Part shown: in pieces, positions 63,217-64,000 of the stretch
Numbering within the stretch: the first letter of the stretch is position 1
How the letters are laid out: each line of letters starts with the position of its first letter
Source of the DNA: Deltaproteobacteria bacterium
Lineage (GTDB): Bacteria > Desulfobacterota > GWC2-55-46
NCBI GenBank assembly: GCA_016182655.1
Contig: JACPGB010000016.1
Span: 3,224-67,223, forward strand
Direction: 5' to 3'
Length of the DNA: 64,000 nt
Translations under genes and position numbers: made by a program
Notes under the pieces: generated by a model
What the model saw: only the letters and a program-made list of their open reading frames with translations
Told to the model about the DNA's origin: nothing
Database searches by the model: none

Positions 63217-64000
63217 CTACCTTATCTCGTAATGGAAGTTCATATTTTTGCCGCCCCTTACCAGGTCGATCTCCATGCGGGTCTCTCCCTTAAGGCCTGA
63301 GAGCACCTGTACGGCCTTTTCGGGCGTGTCTATGTCGAAGCCGTTTATCCTCTTGAGGACGTCCCCGTTCTTGAGCCCCACGGCGTCAAAGACGCCTCTC
63401 GGCTTTATTTCGGTGACAAGGAAGCCTTCGACCGCGCCGTTAGCGACTTTCGGCGTCATCCTCGCGTCAGTCAATACCGTGGAGATATTGTTAAGCGAGT
63501 TTACGAGAGCCCCCTGGTCGATCGCCCATTCGTTCTCGCTGATCTTCCGCGACATCGGCCCCCTTGGACCGCCGGGCCGGGGGCGCTCCCCGGGCTCTGT
63601 TGCCGGGCCCGCGCCCGTTGGCAATGCCCCGCTTCTCTCGGGCAACGGCTCGTCCTTTATCGTGAATGAAACGTCGCGGGGCCCAACGGATACGACCGCC
63701 TTGTCGAGTGTAACGGATTTGAGGGGCCCGGCCTCGAAGACCTTCTCGCCTATCTTGAACACGGACTGGGGAGAGCCGGTCTTTTCGAATATCGCGAAAC
63801 TTTTAACGCCCCTTACGAACGTGCCGAGGAGTCTCAAGTCAGCGAAAACCGGCGGCGCGCCCGCGGACCCCGACGCCTCTATCGATTCGATTGCTACGAG
63901 CCTGCCGGTCTTCGACGGGAAGGCCGAGCTCTCGGCTATCGGCGCGTAGGCGAGGAGGTCCCTGTCCGGCTCGCTGGGAGCGGTGTCGCGAGTACCCGGC
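63217..64000 (-). CDS. gspC: T2SS protein C with PDZ domain (5' end outside the window)
   Basis: frame open to the window edge; LLGT...FAIFE HR domain, GLKNGDVLKRING PDZ. Confidence 0.88.
   Translation of the reverse strand, partial: PGTRDTAPSEPDRDLLAYAPIAESSAFPSKTGRLVAIESIEASGSAGAPPVFADLRLLGTFVRGVKSFAIFEKTGSPQSVFKIGEKVFEAGPLKSVTLDKAVVSVGPRDVSFTIKDEPLPERSGALPTGAGPATEPGERPRPGGPRGPMSRKISENEWAIDQGALVNSLNNISTVLTDARMTPKVANGAVEGFLVTEIKPRGVFDAVGLKNGDVLKRINGFDIDTPEKAVQVLSGLKGETRMEIDLVRGGKNMNFHYEIR

Noticed and set aside
1..64000. tRNA, rRNA, integrase, transposase, prophage or defence genes
   Set aside because: None recognised in the sequence or ORF track

Overview
GC-rich bacterial chromosomal segment; gene content and synteny suggest Deltaproteobacteria/Desulfobacterota (inference only). 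Left arm (1-11.6 kb): truncated glgB, a surE-pcm-nlpD-rpoS-apt cluster, an anion permease, an RlmI-type methyltransferase, a GNAT/acyl-CoA-synthetase fusion and an isolated gspN. From about 11.6 to 57.8 kb lies a PEP-CTERM/exosortase-associated exopolysaccharide locus, almost all on the minus strand. It holds TPR proteins, a tiny PEP-CTERM protein with a sigma-54 promoter, PrsK/PrsR-like regulators, an exosortase, Wzx/Wzy/Wzz/Wza export genes, a WbpA/B/D/E/I-like sugar pathway, three C-methyltransferases, a radical SAM enzyme and an RfaH paralogue. T2SS gspC-D-E-F occupy the right end. The most unusual observations are: (1) a MinD/FlhG ATPase plus a J-like-domain/tyrosine-kinase fusion inside the export module; (2) a priming glycosyltransferase fused to a degenerate GGDEF domain with an RxxD site; (3) a GEMM-I riboswitch with the A20 (cGAMP-type) signature and an overlapping terminator upstream of an FN3/PKD/CFI-box-CTERM surface protein; (4) an exact ops element just downstream of the RfaH gene; (5) four tandem structured 86-87 bp non-coding repeats between gspF and the EPS operon; (6) an A10-tract frameshift in a polysaccharide deacetylase. 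All calls come from reading motifs by eye; no database searches were run.
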